DNA of 64,000 nt from a virus. Positions 38,202 to 47,224 of the stretch are shown piece by piece (position 1 is the stretch's first letter; every line of letters begins with the position of its first letter). The stretch lies in IMG/VR virus record IMGVR_UViG_3300027901_000001. One strand, given 5' to 3'. A program made the translations under genes and the position numbers. The notes below the pieces were generated by a model. It saw only the letters and a list, made by a program, of their open reading frames with translations. It searched no databases and was not told the DNA's origin.

Positions 38202-38215
38202 GGCAGTCGACTACC
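38202..38215. repeat. 14-bp palindrome variant (13/14)
   Basis: GGCAGTCGACTACC, 2 nt before a start codon. Confidence 0.7.
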
Positions 38216-38221
38216 TGGCGT

Positions 38222-38473
38222 TCACTCCCACTGCTTCCTGAACCACGCCTGAAGATACCGGCTGGCCCCACTATCATCGTAATTGAACTTGGTCTTGAGC
38301 AACTTCTTAGCCTCGTTCACGAGCTGTTGAGCCTTGGCCTCTTCACCATCGGTCAGCGCCAAGAGAGCCTTCTCCAGAACCGGATCAACGACCTCAAAAG
38401 GAGCAGGGGCCTCATTCGACTCCTCGCCCGACGCACCCTTTGCCTCCCGAAGTTGTGCCGCAATACCCATCAT
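38222..38473 (-). CDS. Small protein with capsid-leader motif (MGIAAQLREA)
   Basis: ORF plus recurrent leader. Confidence 0.6.
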   Translation of the reverse strand: MMGIAAQLREAKGASGEESNEAPAPFEVVDPVLEKALLALTDGEEAKAQQLVNEAKKLLKTKFNYDDSGASRYLQAWFRKQWE

Positions 38474-38478
38474 CCACC

Positions 38479-38775
38479 TCAGTAGTTGAGACCGTATCCG
38501 GTAACAAGAACGGTGATCTCAGGATGCGGCGTGCCGATACCGCCCCTCGTTATGAGCTGATTCCGAAGCGTGAATTTCTTGAACCGCCTCCCCTCCTTCT
38601 TCAGCTCCTTCGCCCTGGCATCCCGCGCCTGCATGGCCTTCTTGTGGGCTTCTTTGCTGTCGAACTCATACCAGTCCTTCGTCCACCGAAACCCGTAATT
38701 GGCCGGATTAAATATCTCCTGCGACTCCCCAAGAGGAGCCGCCATCGCCTCCTGAAGCTGCGCTGCCAGTCCCAT
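38479..38775 (-). CDS. Small protein with capsid-leader motif (MGLAAQLQEA)
   Basis: ORF plus recurrent leader. Confidence 0.6.
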   Translation of the reverse strand: MGLAAQLQEAMAAPLGESQEIFNPANYGFRWTKDWYEFDSKEAHKKAMQARDARAKELKKEGRRFKKFTLRNQLITRGGIGTPHPEITVLVTGYGLNY

Positions 38776-39287
38776 CAGCCCTTCCGTCCGCGACCCGCAG
38801 CAGCCATCTTCTGGAACCGGCCCTTGCCGTACTTCTTCCGACCGATCCAGGCGGCCACCGCACCGGGATCCCGAATCTCCTTCCGCTTGGCCAGTTCACC
38901 CTTCAACCTGGCAAATCGCTCACCGCTACCCACTCTCTGCTCGAACAACGTCTCCCACTCCCGAAGGAGCTGCTCCAGATGCTCCAGGGTCTCCTCGATC
39001 CTCTCTTCCCGTATCTCAGGAAAAGGTGAGGGGCAGCACTCCATGTTCTCCAGCTCAAGCAGGATCTCTACGATGTTATCGAGCATGAAATCCACGTCTT
39101 CAGCCCGACGTTTCCGCCCCCTAACGGCCAACTTCTGGAACCTCTCTTTGCCATACTTCTTCCGGCCGATCCAAGCCGCGAGCCCTTTGGGATCGAAAAC
39201 CCCTTTGCGGCCCTTCAACTCCTTCACCAGCGCGGCGAACCGCTCACCGGTGCCCAGCCTGGCCTTTTTTTCCGCCAAATTTTCCAT
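38775..39287 (-). CDS. Basic protein with two tandem ~55-aa repeats
   Basis: 'G.GERFA.L..EL......DP...AAWIGRKKYGK.RFQK.A..GR' present twice. Confidence 0.65.
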   Translation of the reverse strand: MENLAEKKARLGTGERFAALVKELKGRKGVFDPKGLAAWIGRKKYGKERFQKLAVRGRKRRAEDVDFMLDNIVEILLELENMECCPSPFPEIREERIEETLEHLEQLLREWETLFEQRVGSGERFARLKGELAKRKEIRDPGAVAAWIGRKKYGKGRFQKMAAAGRGRKG

Positions 39288-39295
39288 AATTCACC

Positions 39296-40060
39296 TCACG
39301 CCTTCGGACGATTACCGATAGCGGTTCCGTACGACCGACCGATCTTCAACAATAGATTGATCGGCATTGGAATGTGCAGAACCTTGAGCTTTAGGTTGGG
39401 ATCGGCGAGCACCGCTTGGCCAAAACGATGGTGGCCATCCAGGATGTAACCGTCACTGGAAACGATGATGGTCTGCTTGAGTATCGGCGAGCCCGGTCCC
39501 GGTTTGCCGAACTTGAGAATGTTTTTCACCAACGTGTCCAGCCAAATCTGGCTCTGGGTCGGCTTGAGATTTTTCACGGCCATCGAGGTCCGTTTACCCT
39601 TGATCACATCGTCCTTCGGGTGGCCATCTTTGACGCCCAGTTCGATCCATTCCTCTCCCTTAGCCTTAGAGAGCCTGGTCGGCGTGGTGAGCTTGCCTTT
39701 AGCATAGGGCGGAAAAATATCGATACGGCCTGCCTTCAACCGCTCGTCAAAGGTCTTCATGTCCTTGGGCTCAATGACCGGCATCTGGATACGAGGCACG
39801 TCCAGGGCCACCGCACACTTCTTCTTCAGCATCGAGTAGTTGTCGTTGAAATCCGGCAGCTCGGTACTGAGATCTTTACCCGCTTTGGTGAATTGTTCCT
39901 CAGCAAACGCCCTGGCCTTGGCCAGCGGCGTCTTGGCACTGTTCAACCTGGCGGCAGCCTCGGTAATCGGCACCCTGGACGAGGGAGAAGCCGCATCGAA
40001 AATCGGCCCCATCACCCCTCCGGTGATGGCCTCCGCAAGCTGGTCTGCCAAGCCGCCCAC
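39296..40060 (-). CDS. ParB/Srx-like domain protein with capsid-leader motif
   Basis: 'LKPTQSQI', 'IIVSSDGYILDGHHRF'; N-terminus MGGLADQLAEA. Confidence 0.65.
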   Translation of the reverse strand: MGGLADQLAEAITGGVMGPIFDAASPSSRVPITEAAARLNSAKTPLAKARAFAEEQFTKAGKDLSTELPDFNDNYSMLKKKCAVALDVPRIQMPVIEPKDMKTFDERLKAGRIDIFPPYAKGKLTTPTRLSKAKGEEWIELGVKDGHPKDDVIKGKRTSMAVKNLKPTQSQIWLDTLVKNILKFGKPGPGSPILKQTIIVSSDGYILDGHHRFGQAVLADPNLKLKVLHIPMPINLLLKIGRSYGTAIGNRPKA

Positions 40061-40062
40061 GA

Positions 40063-40581
40063 CTACTTCTGTTCCGCGATAAGATTGAGGGTCGGCAGAG
40101 CCGCATCACCAGCCTGGTCCGCGATGGACGCCGCAAACTGGATGGCGGTCACGTCCTCCAGGAATGAGTTGCGGTCAAACTTCTTCCAGGGATCGGTATT
40201 GCCGAACCGGTACTCCAGGCTGATATCGGCGTTCGCTACCGGCGAATTGCCACTGGAGCCAACGTGCCCCGGCAGAAAACCACGTTCGCCCAGACCTCCG
40301 TTGATGTCCACCGGCACCGAAAAAGTCATAGCGTTCCAGATGACCCGGTTATTGCCAGTCGCGCCGGTCGCCACCTCGATGGACCGATTCAGCTCGTCCA
40401 CTGAAACCTGCCCGGCCACGCTCTCCACGTTGGAGTAGTCGAGCAGCAGTGCAACGTCCTCGGTCATGTCATCGATCCGGGCCAGCATCGATGCCCTGGT
40501 GGTGTCGTCCAGGGTAGTGTCAGCGTTGACCGATTTGGTCAGAAGCTGTTTGAAAATTGCCAACGTGGTGACGGTAGACAT
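40063..40581 (-). CDS. Hypothetical protein
   Basis: 172-aa ORF with SD GAGGTGAGG. Confidence 0.6.
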   Translation of the reverse strand: MSTVTTLAIFKQLLTKSVNADTTLDDTTRASMLARIDDMTEDVALLLDYSNVESVAGQVSVDELNRSIEVATGATGNNRVIWNAMTFSVPVDINGGLGERGFLPGHVGSSGNSPVANADISLEYRFGNTDPWKKFDRNSFLEDVTAIQFAASIADQAGDAALPTLNLIAEQK

Positions 40582-40663
40582 TCCTCACCTCATGTTACTG
40601 GTTTACCTGCGAGAATACGTCCCCGAATCTCTCAGGTCCACTCTTTCGTCCCAAGGGTTTTAG

Positions 40664-41041
40664 TCAATCCGGGGGCAACACCTCCAGATAAGGAGCTTCT
40701 GTAAGCCCGCGCCGGATCCTCATCATGGCATGGCGCTTGGCCCGCAATCTCTTGACCAGAACCTCGTGGGCACGTCGGGGATCACACTGCCCGCAGGTGT
40801 AGGAATCAACGGCCGCATAGCCCTTCTCGGGCCAGGTATGAATAGACAGATGCGACTCCTCGATTACCACCACGCCGGTGACGCCCTGGGGCACAAATGG
40901 CTCGAAAATCGACCCCACAATCCGCGCCCTGGTAGCGCGGGCGGCCTCGGTCATCGCCTCCTTGATGCCCACCAGATCATCCAGCACCCCAACATCACAG
41001 CCCCAGTATTCGAGCAGGAGGTGGATGCCCGTGGTGTGCAT
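40664..41041 (-). CDS. speH: S-adenosylmethionine decarboxylase proenzyme
   Basis: 'GIHLLLE', 'PQGVTGVVVIEESHLSIHTWPEKGYAAVDSYTCG' with the canonical E|SH cleavage site. Confidence 0.92.
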   Translation of the reverse strand: MHTTGIHLLLEYWGCDVGVLDDLVGIKEAMTEAARATRARIVGSIFEPFVPQGVTGVVVIEESHLSIHTWPEKGYAAVDSYTCGQCDPRRAHEVLVKRLRAKRHAMMRIRRGLTEAPYLEVLPPD

Positions 41042-41062
41042 GAAACCCTCCTGTGAGTGGCC

Positions 41063-41476
41063 CTAAAAACGAAGGCCCCTCAGCGCAGTGCCGCCCTTGC
41101 CGCCGTACTTCGGAAGCGTTCCCTTTGCGATGTACTGGTCGATACCTTTCTTCACATAGTCGACGGGCGACAATGCGCCCGGAATAAAATATTTGTCCAA
41201 CGCTGCCTTCAGCTTTTTGAGCGACGCCGGATCATCGTTGTTCTCGATTTTCTTCGTGGCCTTCTCGACATCCTGTTTCGCCTTTAGCAAATGCCCCAGG
41301 CGGTAAATGTTCACGTGGCCGCGCCGAGCTTCCGCCTTACTCACACGCTGATCGTACTGGGTGAGTTTGCCGCTCAGTATAATCAGCCACAGCTTGACCG
41401 GTGCCTTCCCGGCAATAGAAGCCTCGGTCAGCTCCTCACCGCCAGCCGCTTCCTGCAATTGCTGTGCTATCGACAC
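41063..41476 (-). CDS. Protein with capsid-leader motif (MSIAQQLQEA)
   Basis: ORF plus recurrent leader. Confidence 0.65.
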   Translation of the reverse strand: MSIAQQLQEAAGGEELTEASIAGKAPVKLWLIILSGKLTQYDQRVSKAEARRGHVNIYRLGHLLKAKQDVEKATKKIENNDDPASLKKLKAALDKYFIPGALSPVDYVKKGIDQYIAKGTLPKYGGKGGTALRGLRF

Positions 41477-41488
41477 AAGCTCACCTCC

Positions 41489-41941
41489 CTAGTCGCTCCA
41501 TTTACATAGTACGCCCAGCTCGATCGTGTACTGAATGTTTTGTTTTCTGGAGTCCACCTTCGCGGTCCAATAGCTGGTGTCTTCCGAAAATTCCATTTGC
41601 TTGATCTGCGCGCCACGCTCGAAGTGCTGCGCCGCATGAGAGTTTATCAGCCTGCTAACCTTGCCCCTCAGAGCAGCCAGGATCGGACGCACCGCTCGGC
41701 TGCTACCATGCGAGATCAGCCTGATGGCCTCCTTGTTGTTCATCTTCTTGAGCGCAGCTTCCAGTACACGCTGCTGTCTGCCCATTAATTGGGCGAGCGT
41801 CCTGCCGGAAATTGTGAAGGTGGCCTCGACATCGGTAACGAATTCCGGATCAAGGTCATCAGCGGGCTCCTGGCCACTAACAAAATCCACATCGCTAACC
41901 CGAACATCAGCAGCCTCTTGTAGCTGTTGCGCAATCGACAT
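41489..41941 (-). CDS. Protein with capsid-leader motif (MSIAQQLQEA)
   Basis: Start re-assigned to ATG 41941; first 11 residues identical to those of 41063..41476. Confidence 0.6.
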   Translation of the reverse strand: MSIAQQLQEAADVRVSDVDFVSGQEPADDLDPEFVTDVEATFTISGRTLAQLMGRQQRVLEAALKKMNNKEAIRLISHGSSRAVRPILAALRGKVSRLINSHAAQHFERGAQIKQMEFSEDTSYWTAKVDSRKQNIQYTIELGVLCKWSD

Positions 41942-41985
41942 CTGCCCACCATAACACGGCCGTTTCAGGCCGGTATAATATTCTG

Positions 41986-42753
41986 TTACGCCTCCCTGAT
42001 GCCCTTCACGGCCCGTGAATGCCAAACTACAAGCTGAGGCGTGCTGCTGAACCCACCAGAAAAGAATGCCCCGTCAACACCTCGCTTTCGGAGCGCACGA
42101 AGAGTCTTGCCAGGAATCACCGCAAAACCCTGGATCTTTGCAAATTTCCCCTGAACCTTGACCTCAAATTCCTTCGGTGGTGCAGCAGGTTCGATGCCCA
42201 ACGGCCGAAGAAACTCCTCCTGCCAGAACCAGATATTGTACGGCTGGTCCGCCAGCGATCTCAGTATCCCCCTGTCCGTTTTTCCCTCACGCACGTACCG
42301 AATATCCCGGAGCGCATATCCGGCTTCGGCCGTCGAAATGGCCACTTTCTTCTTCTCCTCCACGGCTTTTCCAAGAGCGCTCAGGAGTTTGTTGAGCTGC
42401 GGCTTGGTCAGGGCCTCCAGAAAATCCCACTTGCCTCGCGCTCGGCTCATCCAGAGCTGCGGGGCCGCGCTGATGTAGAATCCCGGCCCCAGCTCCGCGT
42501 GCGCGCCACGCGGCCCGTACGCAGCCATCAGCGACCGCTTCTTCTTTACGATCTCCCTGATGGCCTTAATACTGTCGGCCACGTGGATACCGAAAATCGA
42601 CCCGCCCCGTAACGTCCCGGCGTGTCCCAGCTCGTGCTGATCGGTCGGCCTGGGATTCCTGGTGTCGATGATGAGCTTGACGCCCTCCAGGGCTTCCAAC
42701 GGCCCCTCGTACCTCTCGTACAGGGCATCGGCAAGCTGCGCAGCGATGGACAT
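41986..42753 (-). CDS. Possible ADP-ribosyltransferase-fold protein with capsid-leader motif
   Basis: 'LGPGFYISAAP' and a C-terminal 'QLVVWH' resemble ART-like strands; N-terminus MSIAAQLADALYE. Confidence 0.45.
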   Translation of the reverse strand: MSIAAQLADALYERYEGPLEALEGVKLIIDTRNPRPTDQHELGHAGTLRGGSIFGIHVADSIKAIREIVKKKRSLMAAYGPRGAHAELGPGFYISAAPQLWMSRARGKWDFLEALTKPQLNKLLSALGKAVEEKKKVAISTAEAGYALRDIRYVREGKTDRGILRSLADQPYNIWFWQEEFLRPLGIEPAAPPKEFEVKVQGKFAKIQGFAVIPGKTLRALRKRGVDGAFFSGGFSSTPQLVVWHSRAVKGIREA

Positions 42754-42812
42754 GAAGGCAGGCTATCACAGGGAACAGCACGCCAGTGACTTTCCCGTGT
42801 TATTCTCCTGGC

Positions 42813-43136
42813 ATGGAGCGCCTGCCGGAAAATCCGCGCCGCTATTTCAAATCGACCCGTGGGGCGGTGATGATCCCGCTCTCGAAGTTGAAGCCTAGCC
42901 GCCGCCGCGAGAAAGGCGTTGCGAAAGCCCGACGCGCCATGCGGCTGGCCTATGACGGCAAGATCGGACGGCGCGAGCCCCTGTCAGTCAAGAAAAATCC
43001 AGACGAAACCTACTCCATCCTGGACGGCAACTCGACCTACGCCGTCGCCAAGGGAAACGGCTGGAAGCGGCTGCCCGCCATCGTCCAGGAAAGCCAGTCC
43101 GTCGCGGAGCAGCTCCATGAAGCCGTCAGCTCTTAG
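42813..43136 (+). CDS. Small ParB/Srx-like domain protein
   Basis: 'IPLSKLKPS', 'PLSV', 'YSILDGNSTY'; ends in SVAEQLHEAV. Confidence 0.55.
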   Translation: MERLPENPRRYFKSTRGAVMIPLSKLKPSRRREKGVAKARRAMRLAYDGKIGRREPLSVKKNPDETYSILDGNSTYAVAKGNGWKRLPAIVQESQSVAEQLHEAVSS

Positions 43137-43392
43137 CGCGTTTTGCCTGCTCCAAATACTCGTAAAAACCAGCAGAAAAAAGAGTATCTACCCCACTTCG
43201 CTCATCCTCTACATCTGCGTCCCCACTAGGAAAAAGCCCGAGTTGTACGGTACCTCCAACCTCTTCGGCTTCCTTTAAGGTTGCTTCGCCTATGTCAATC
43301 GCCGCCTGAGCGATGCGCTTCCGAGAAACATCTACCCACTGCCACTCCCGATCAATAATCACAGCGCTCACGCCTTCCATGCGCGCTGCCAT
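43126..43392 (-). CDS. Hypothetical protein containing QLGLF
   Basis: 88-aa ORF; start uncertain. Confidence 0.4.
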   Translation of the reverse strand: MAARMEGVSAVIIDREWQWVDVSRKRIAQAAIDIGEATLKEAEEVGGTVQLGLFPSGDADVEDERSGVDTLFSAGFYEYLEQAKRAKS

Positions 43393-43534
43393 ACCCGTTG
43401 TTCCCGAACCACCAAAGGAATCCAGAACAACCCCCCCCTGGCGGCGTCACCAAACGCACAAGCCACCGTACTACTCGATATGATGATAGGGCTCTGCGTG
43501 TACCACAATCACCCCGCCAAGTAGGTCCCGGCAA

Positions 43535-44365
43535 TCACCGTGTAGAATTTGCAACATCGCTCCTCTCTGCCAACTGTATCAACTTTTCCAGTGCCGTGTG
43601 CGCGTCGCGGGCCTCTTTCAAGAGCTTCTCGGCCTGAATCCGGGCTACTCGTTCCATCCACTTCCGCACAGCCTCGACCGTCACGTGCTTCATCGGCTCA
43701 CGATGAATGTCTCTACGCTCACGCCAATCTGGGACCACCTCGTCCGCCAACACCATGAAAGGCGCGGCCAGCTCCTCCTGAGCCCGCCGTAACCGCCGCT
43801 GGTTCCGGTGGGCTTCCTTGACCTGATCATCAAGCACCTCGCGCTGAGCATCGAGCGTCTCGTGCACGTACCGATCAATGTCTTCCCGCGTTACCATCCG
43901 ACCCTCAAATTTGAACGGAATGGTGAACGAGTGCATCCGCTGAGCCATCGACCGGATGGTGGCCAGCGCCAGCGACTCGGGCAGCGGCGGTAGCTCCCGG
44001 TGCCGGGCGACCTTCACACGCCGCAAGTTGTTCCCGGCTTTGGTCGCCACCAGCAACCCCCAGCCGTCCGGAACCTCCTCCGGCTTGATAACCCCCGGCG
44101 GAGCCACGAAAAACGTCTGGTGGAAGTTCTCCTCCAGCCAGGCGCGCTTTTTGGGGTAGTCCAGTTCCTTCAGAAAATCTCCCCGGCCGGTCTTCATCTC
44201 GAAGGCCAGCCGGTGGTAGCCCTTGCTCGGGTAACAGTTAAACGCCGCCGCGTCACAGCGCCCCTCCTGGCCGCTCCAGCCGGTACCCTTGGACAGCTCG
44301 AAGATCAGCGCCCACTCGGGAAGCGGATATCGTTCCTCCAAGAGTCCGCCCAGGCCAATGCTCAT
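43535..44365 (-). CDS. MmcB-like PD-(D/E)xK nuclease-fold protein
   Basis: 'RCDA', 'FEMKTGRGDFLKEL..PKK' and 'FVAPPGVIKPEEVPDGWGLL'. Confidence 0.6.
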   Translation of the reverse strand: MSIGLGGLLEERYPLPEWALIFELSKGTGWSGQEGRCDAAAFNCYPSKGYHRLAFEMKTGRGDFLKELDYPKKRAWLEENFHQTFFVAPPGVIKPEEVPDGWGLLVATKAGNNLRRVKVARHRELPPLPESLALATIRSMAQRMHSFTIPFKFEGRMVTREDIDRYVHETLDAQREVLDDQVKEAHRNQRRLRRAQEELAAPFMVLADEVVPDWRERRDIHREPMKHVTVEAVRKWMERVARIQAEKLLKEARDAHTALEKLIQLAERSDVANSTR

Positions 44366-44375
44366 CCGCTCACCT

Positions 44376-44389
44376 GGCAGTCGACTGCC
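44376..44389. repeat. 14-bp palindrome, copy 3
   Basis: Exact; between a stop codon and an SD. Confidence 0.85.
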
Positions 44390-44710
44390 TTACTCCTGGG
44401 GCTGGGGCTCCACCGCCTTCTGCTTGGCCGTCTCGATCTGGACATCCGCGAACAGCATGGTGCACTCAGTCTCGGCCCGCCTCACAGTCGCCTTCAGCAG
44501 CTTTTTCTGGTCGCTCTTTTTCCTGACCAGCTCAGCCTTCTGAGCATCCATCCTCCGGATCTCTTCATCGAAGGCATCCATCATCGCCGCCGTCTCGCGC
44601 ACGGTGTTGGTGATGCCCTTGCCCCACTCGCCGCCTTCGTTAGGCAAATGCTGGACCCACGCCACCTGTTGAACAAACGACTCCTCCACCATCTCCTTCT
44701 CCTTCTCCAA
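44390..44710 (-). CDS. Hypothetical coiled-coil protein
   Basis: 106-aa ORF. Confidence 0.55.
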   Translation of the reverse strand: MEKEKEMVEESFVQQVAWVQHLPNEGGEWGKGITNTVRETAAMMDAFDEEIRRMDAQKAELVRKKSDQKKLLKATVRRAETECTMLFADVQIETAKQKAVEPQPQE

Positions 44711-44797
44711 AAGGTCAGAACCACTCTTTTACCACAATTGGGTTTCGATGACGTACACTAAAAACGCCAGGGACACAGAAGGCGAAGGAGAAACCGT

Positions 44798-45109
44798 ATG
44801 CCCGAACCCGCGATGTCCCCAGAAAACGATCCAATCAGCCCCATCGAGGAGCTACAGAAGATGCTGGAGACGATGGCAAAAGGCATCGTCGACGAGCCGG
44901 AAGAGATCGTCATCTTGCCCGCCTCCGGCGAAGGATTCGTTCACTTTGAGGTCCGGTGCGACAACAAGGACGCGGGCACCCTCATCGGCACACGCGGCAA
45001 GCACGCCGAAGCGATGCGAACGCTGATGATGGCCGCCGGTGCCGTCCGCAAAATCCGAGTCACGCTGCAAATCCTGGGCCGTGACGGAAACCAGTTCATT
45101 CCCAGATAG
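44798..45109 (+). CDS. khpA: KH-domain RNA-binding protein (KhpA/UPF0109)
   Basis: 'MAKGIVDEPEEI', 'DAGTLIGTRGKHAEAMRTLM' (GxxG loop); SD AAGGAG. Confidence 0.88.
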   Translation: MPEPAMSPENDPISPIEELQKMLETMAKGIVDEPEEIVILPASGEGFVHFEVRCDNKDAGTLIGTRGKHAEAMRTLMMAAGAVRKIRVTLQILGRDGNQFIPR

Positions 45110-45820
45110 ATGGCACGCAGAACCTATTACGCTCACAGGACATCGAACATCCTGGCCACCGTTCCATCCGAGCCGGAGGTGATCGCCGTGTTCCCAGAAC
45201 TCAGCTCTACCATCATCACCCATGAGCAAGATATCCGGCTGCGCCGGGGCGATACGGCCGATATCCATGTGCAGGTACAGAACGATGAAGACCCGCCGGA
45301 GGAGTATCCCATCGGCGGCTGCGTGCTGCGCTTTGGCGTCAAGCAGGGCTACGGTGACACTGAAACCGACGGTGTAACTCTGGGCAACGAAGCCGCACTC
45401 ATCCTCAAACGGAGCTACGATCCCAAAGAAATCAAGATCAATGGCAGCCATGCCACCATCTACCTCAAGAAGGCCGACACCGCCGGGCTATCGTTCTCAC
45501 CTGTGGTCTGGGACCTGGAGCTAACCAAGCCCGTCGAGCTGCTGGCGCAGCCTCCCGGCGTCAGCGTCCGACTCCTGGCCAACAGCGCGATAGTCCGCGC
45601 CAACGGATTTGTGTGGTCCGACATCGGTATTCAGGCAGGAGATCTTTTCAAGGCCCAAGACCACCTAGTGGTAGTCAACCGGCTCATCGGCTACCTGGAC
45701 ATCGAGGTGGATTATCAGAAATGGACTTCAAATCCGGTCGCCGGTTTTGAGGCACAGCGCGCCAACGTCAAAACCATCGCGGGGGGAACCTTCAGGCTCC
45801 TTGGAGATGTCGTCATGTAA
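45110..45820 (+). CDS. BppU N-terminal-like (baseplate upper) domain protein
   Basis: 'LRRGDT..I.VQV', 'TIYLKKADTA.L....VWDLEL' and 'IAGGTFRL'. Confidence 0.5.
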   Translation: MARRTYYAHRTSNILATVPSEPEVIAVFPELSSTIITHEQDIRLRRGDTADIHVQVQNDEDPPEEYPIGGCVLRFGVKQGYGDTETDGVTLGNEAALILKRSYDPKEIKINGSHATIYLKKADTAGLSFSPVVWDLELTKPVELLAQPPGVSVRLLANSAIVRANGFVWSDIGIQAGDLFKAQDHLVVVNRLIGYLDIEVDYQKWTSNPVAGFEAQRANVKTIAGGTFRLLGDVVM

Positions 45821-45870
45821 ACCCCCGTAGGGATTGACAAACCGAACTCTCCCGTCAAAATGTAATAGAT

Positions 45871-46107
45871 ATGGCATCAACCAATCACAATCCCGTCTGC
45901 CGTGGGTGCGGCGGCGACCTGATAGAGGGCGAGAGGCGCGTAGTCCGGATTCGTATAGGACAGCTCGTGGCGGTCCCGAACAAGAGCCCGGTCTGGAAAG
46001 CTCCGCCGCCCGACAAATCCATCTGGGGACACATGCACGAAAGGTGCTTCTTGATCGCCATCGGTGACCCCCAGGGCGTTCAGATGATGGTCGCCAAAGC
46101 CTCATAA
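45871..46107 (+). CDS. Small Cys/His hypothetical protein
   Basis: CRGC...H.RC; preceded by a promoter-like element. Confidence 0.55.
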   Translation: MASTNHNPVCRGCGGDLIEGERRVVRIRIGQLVAVPNKSPVWKAPPPDKSIWGHMHERCFLIAIGDPQGVQMMVAKAS

Positions 46108-46188
46108 TTACAAAGGCTTAGCGGACATATAACGATTTTCTACCGGTTTTCTGGAAATCGGTAGATGGTGATTCTTCCCTTCTCCTTC

Positions 46189-46217
46189 TTGACAATCTTT
46201 CCGGATGGTATTAGATT
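46189..46217 (+). promoter_or_regulatory. Sigma70-like promoter
   Basis: TTGACA-N17-TAGATT. Confidence 0.6.
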
Positions 46218-46237
46218 GAATAGTGGAAGGAGGGATA

Positions 46238-46465
46238 ATGCCGCTCAAACGTTTTAAGGACGTTCGGAAGAGCGACCGCTTCACAGACCGTGAAGGGCAC
46301 CTCTGGTTCGTCAACAAAATTCACCGCAAGACCAAAGAGGTCACAGCCTGGCGGCACACGACATTCCACGAGCATCTACACTTCGCTGGTCGGCTTCTTC
46401 ACCCACTGGAGATCAGGTTCCGCATCAGCGAAATCAACCACTTCAAATGGGAAAGACCCGCATGA
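46238..46465 (+). CDS. Hypothetical protein
   Basis: ATG with SD GGAGGG. Confidence 0.55.
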   Translation: MPLKRFKDVRKSDRFTDREGHLWFVNKIHRKTKEVTAWRHTTFHEHLHFAGRLLHPLEIRFRISEINHFKWERPA

Positions 46466-46710
46466 ACAATCACAAGTCTTGCAGAACACTCCTCAAAGAC
46501 GTGATGAAGGATGTCCGGAAGGCTGTCCCGGCCGAACAGATCAAAGCCGCCTGGGGCAACCGGTCCAAGACCAAGATGTTTTTCAAAAACCACGTGGAGT
46601 TCCACGGCCCCAACGATTTCTACTGGCACGACCTGGGTTGCTGCGTCTGGCGCGCCAAGGCCCACGGCTGGCGAGCATATCTGAGAAGAATCGGATTCTA
46701 CAATGCCTGA
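46462..46710 (+). CDS. Hypothetical protein
   Basis: ATGA-coupled ORF. Confidence 0.55.
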   Translation: MNNHKSCRTLLKDVMKDVRKAVPAEQIKAAWGNRSKTKMFFKNHVEFHGPNDFYWHDLGCCVWRAKAHGWRAYLRRIGFYNA

Positions 46711-47224
46711 AGGCGACCGCTACATCGACGTTCCAGCCACCAAGCTGCTGGCGGAGCTGCGCGCCATCGGCGCGGCCATCAAGAACAAGGGAGGCGTCGC
46801 AAGTGAAGGGCTCACCGGCCAGGAGGTTCACTTCAACTTCACACCGCCCAACCGGCAAGCCTGCGTGCGTGTCTACACGTCGCTGGGCGTCGGTCGCACC
46901 AAGGTCCGCGATCTCGGCCGAGACGCCATCCGGATCACGGTCGGCGCGGAGCATAAAGGCCGCTTCAAGCTCGTTATCGAGAAACGCCGCCTCTACCGTA
47001 CCGCTCCGAAAGGCGAGCCTGAAGAGCGCGTTGCGGCCTTCCTAGAGCGCTTGAAGTCCGCCATCCGTGAAGCGTACCGCGCCGCACTGCACGTGCCCTC
47101 GTGCCCGGCCTGCAATCGACCGATGGCTCTGCGGAAGAACAAAAAGGATAGCCAAAAATTTTACGGTTGCATCGATTTCCCGGAATGTAAGGTAACCAGA
47201 TCAGCCAATAGAACAACTCGATGA
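46703..47224 (+). CDS. Protein with C-terminal topoisomerase-type C4 zinc ribbon
   Basis: 'CPACNRPMALRKN.....FYGCIDFPECK'. Confidence 0.7.
   Translation: MPEGDRYIDVPATKLLAELRAIGAAIKNKGGVASEGLTGQEVHFNFTPPNRQACVRVYTSLGVGRTKVRDLGRDAIRITVGAEHKGRFKLVIEKRRLYRTAPKGEPEERVAAFLERLKSAIREAYRAALHVPSCPACNRPMALRKNKKDSQKFYGCIDFPECKVTRSANRTTR

Noticed and set aside
340-44761. Many long plus-strand ORFs in the ORF track opposite the structural and replication genes
   Set aside because: Shadow ORFs of GC-rich minus-strand genes; no recognisable motifs or ribosome-binding sites
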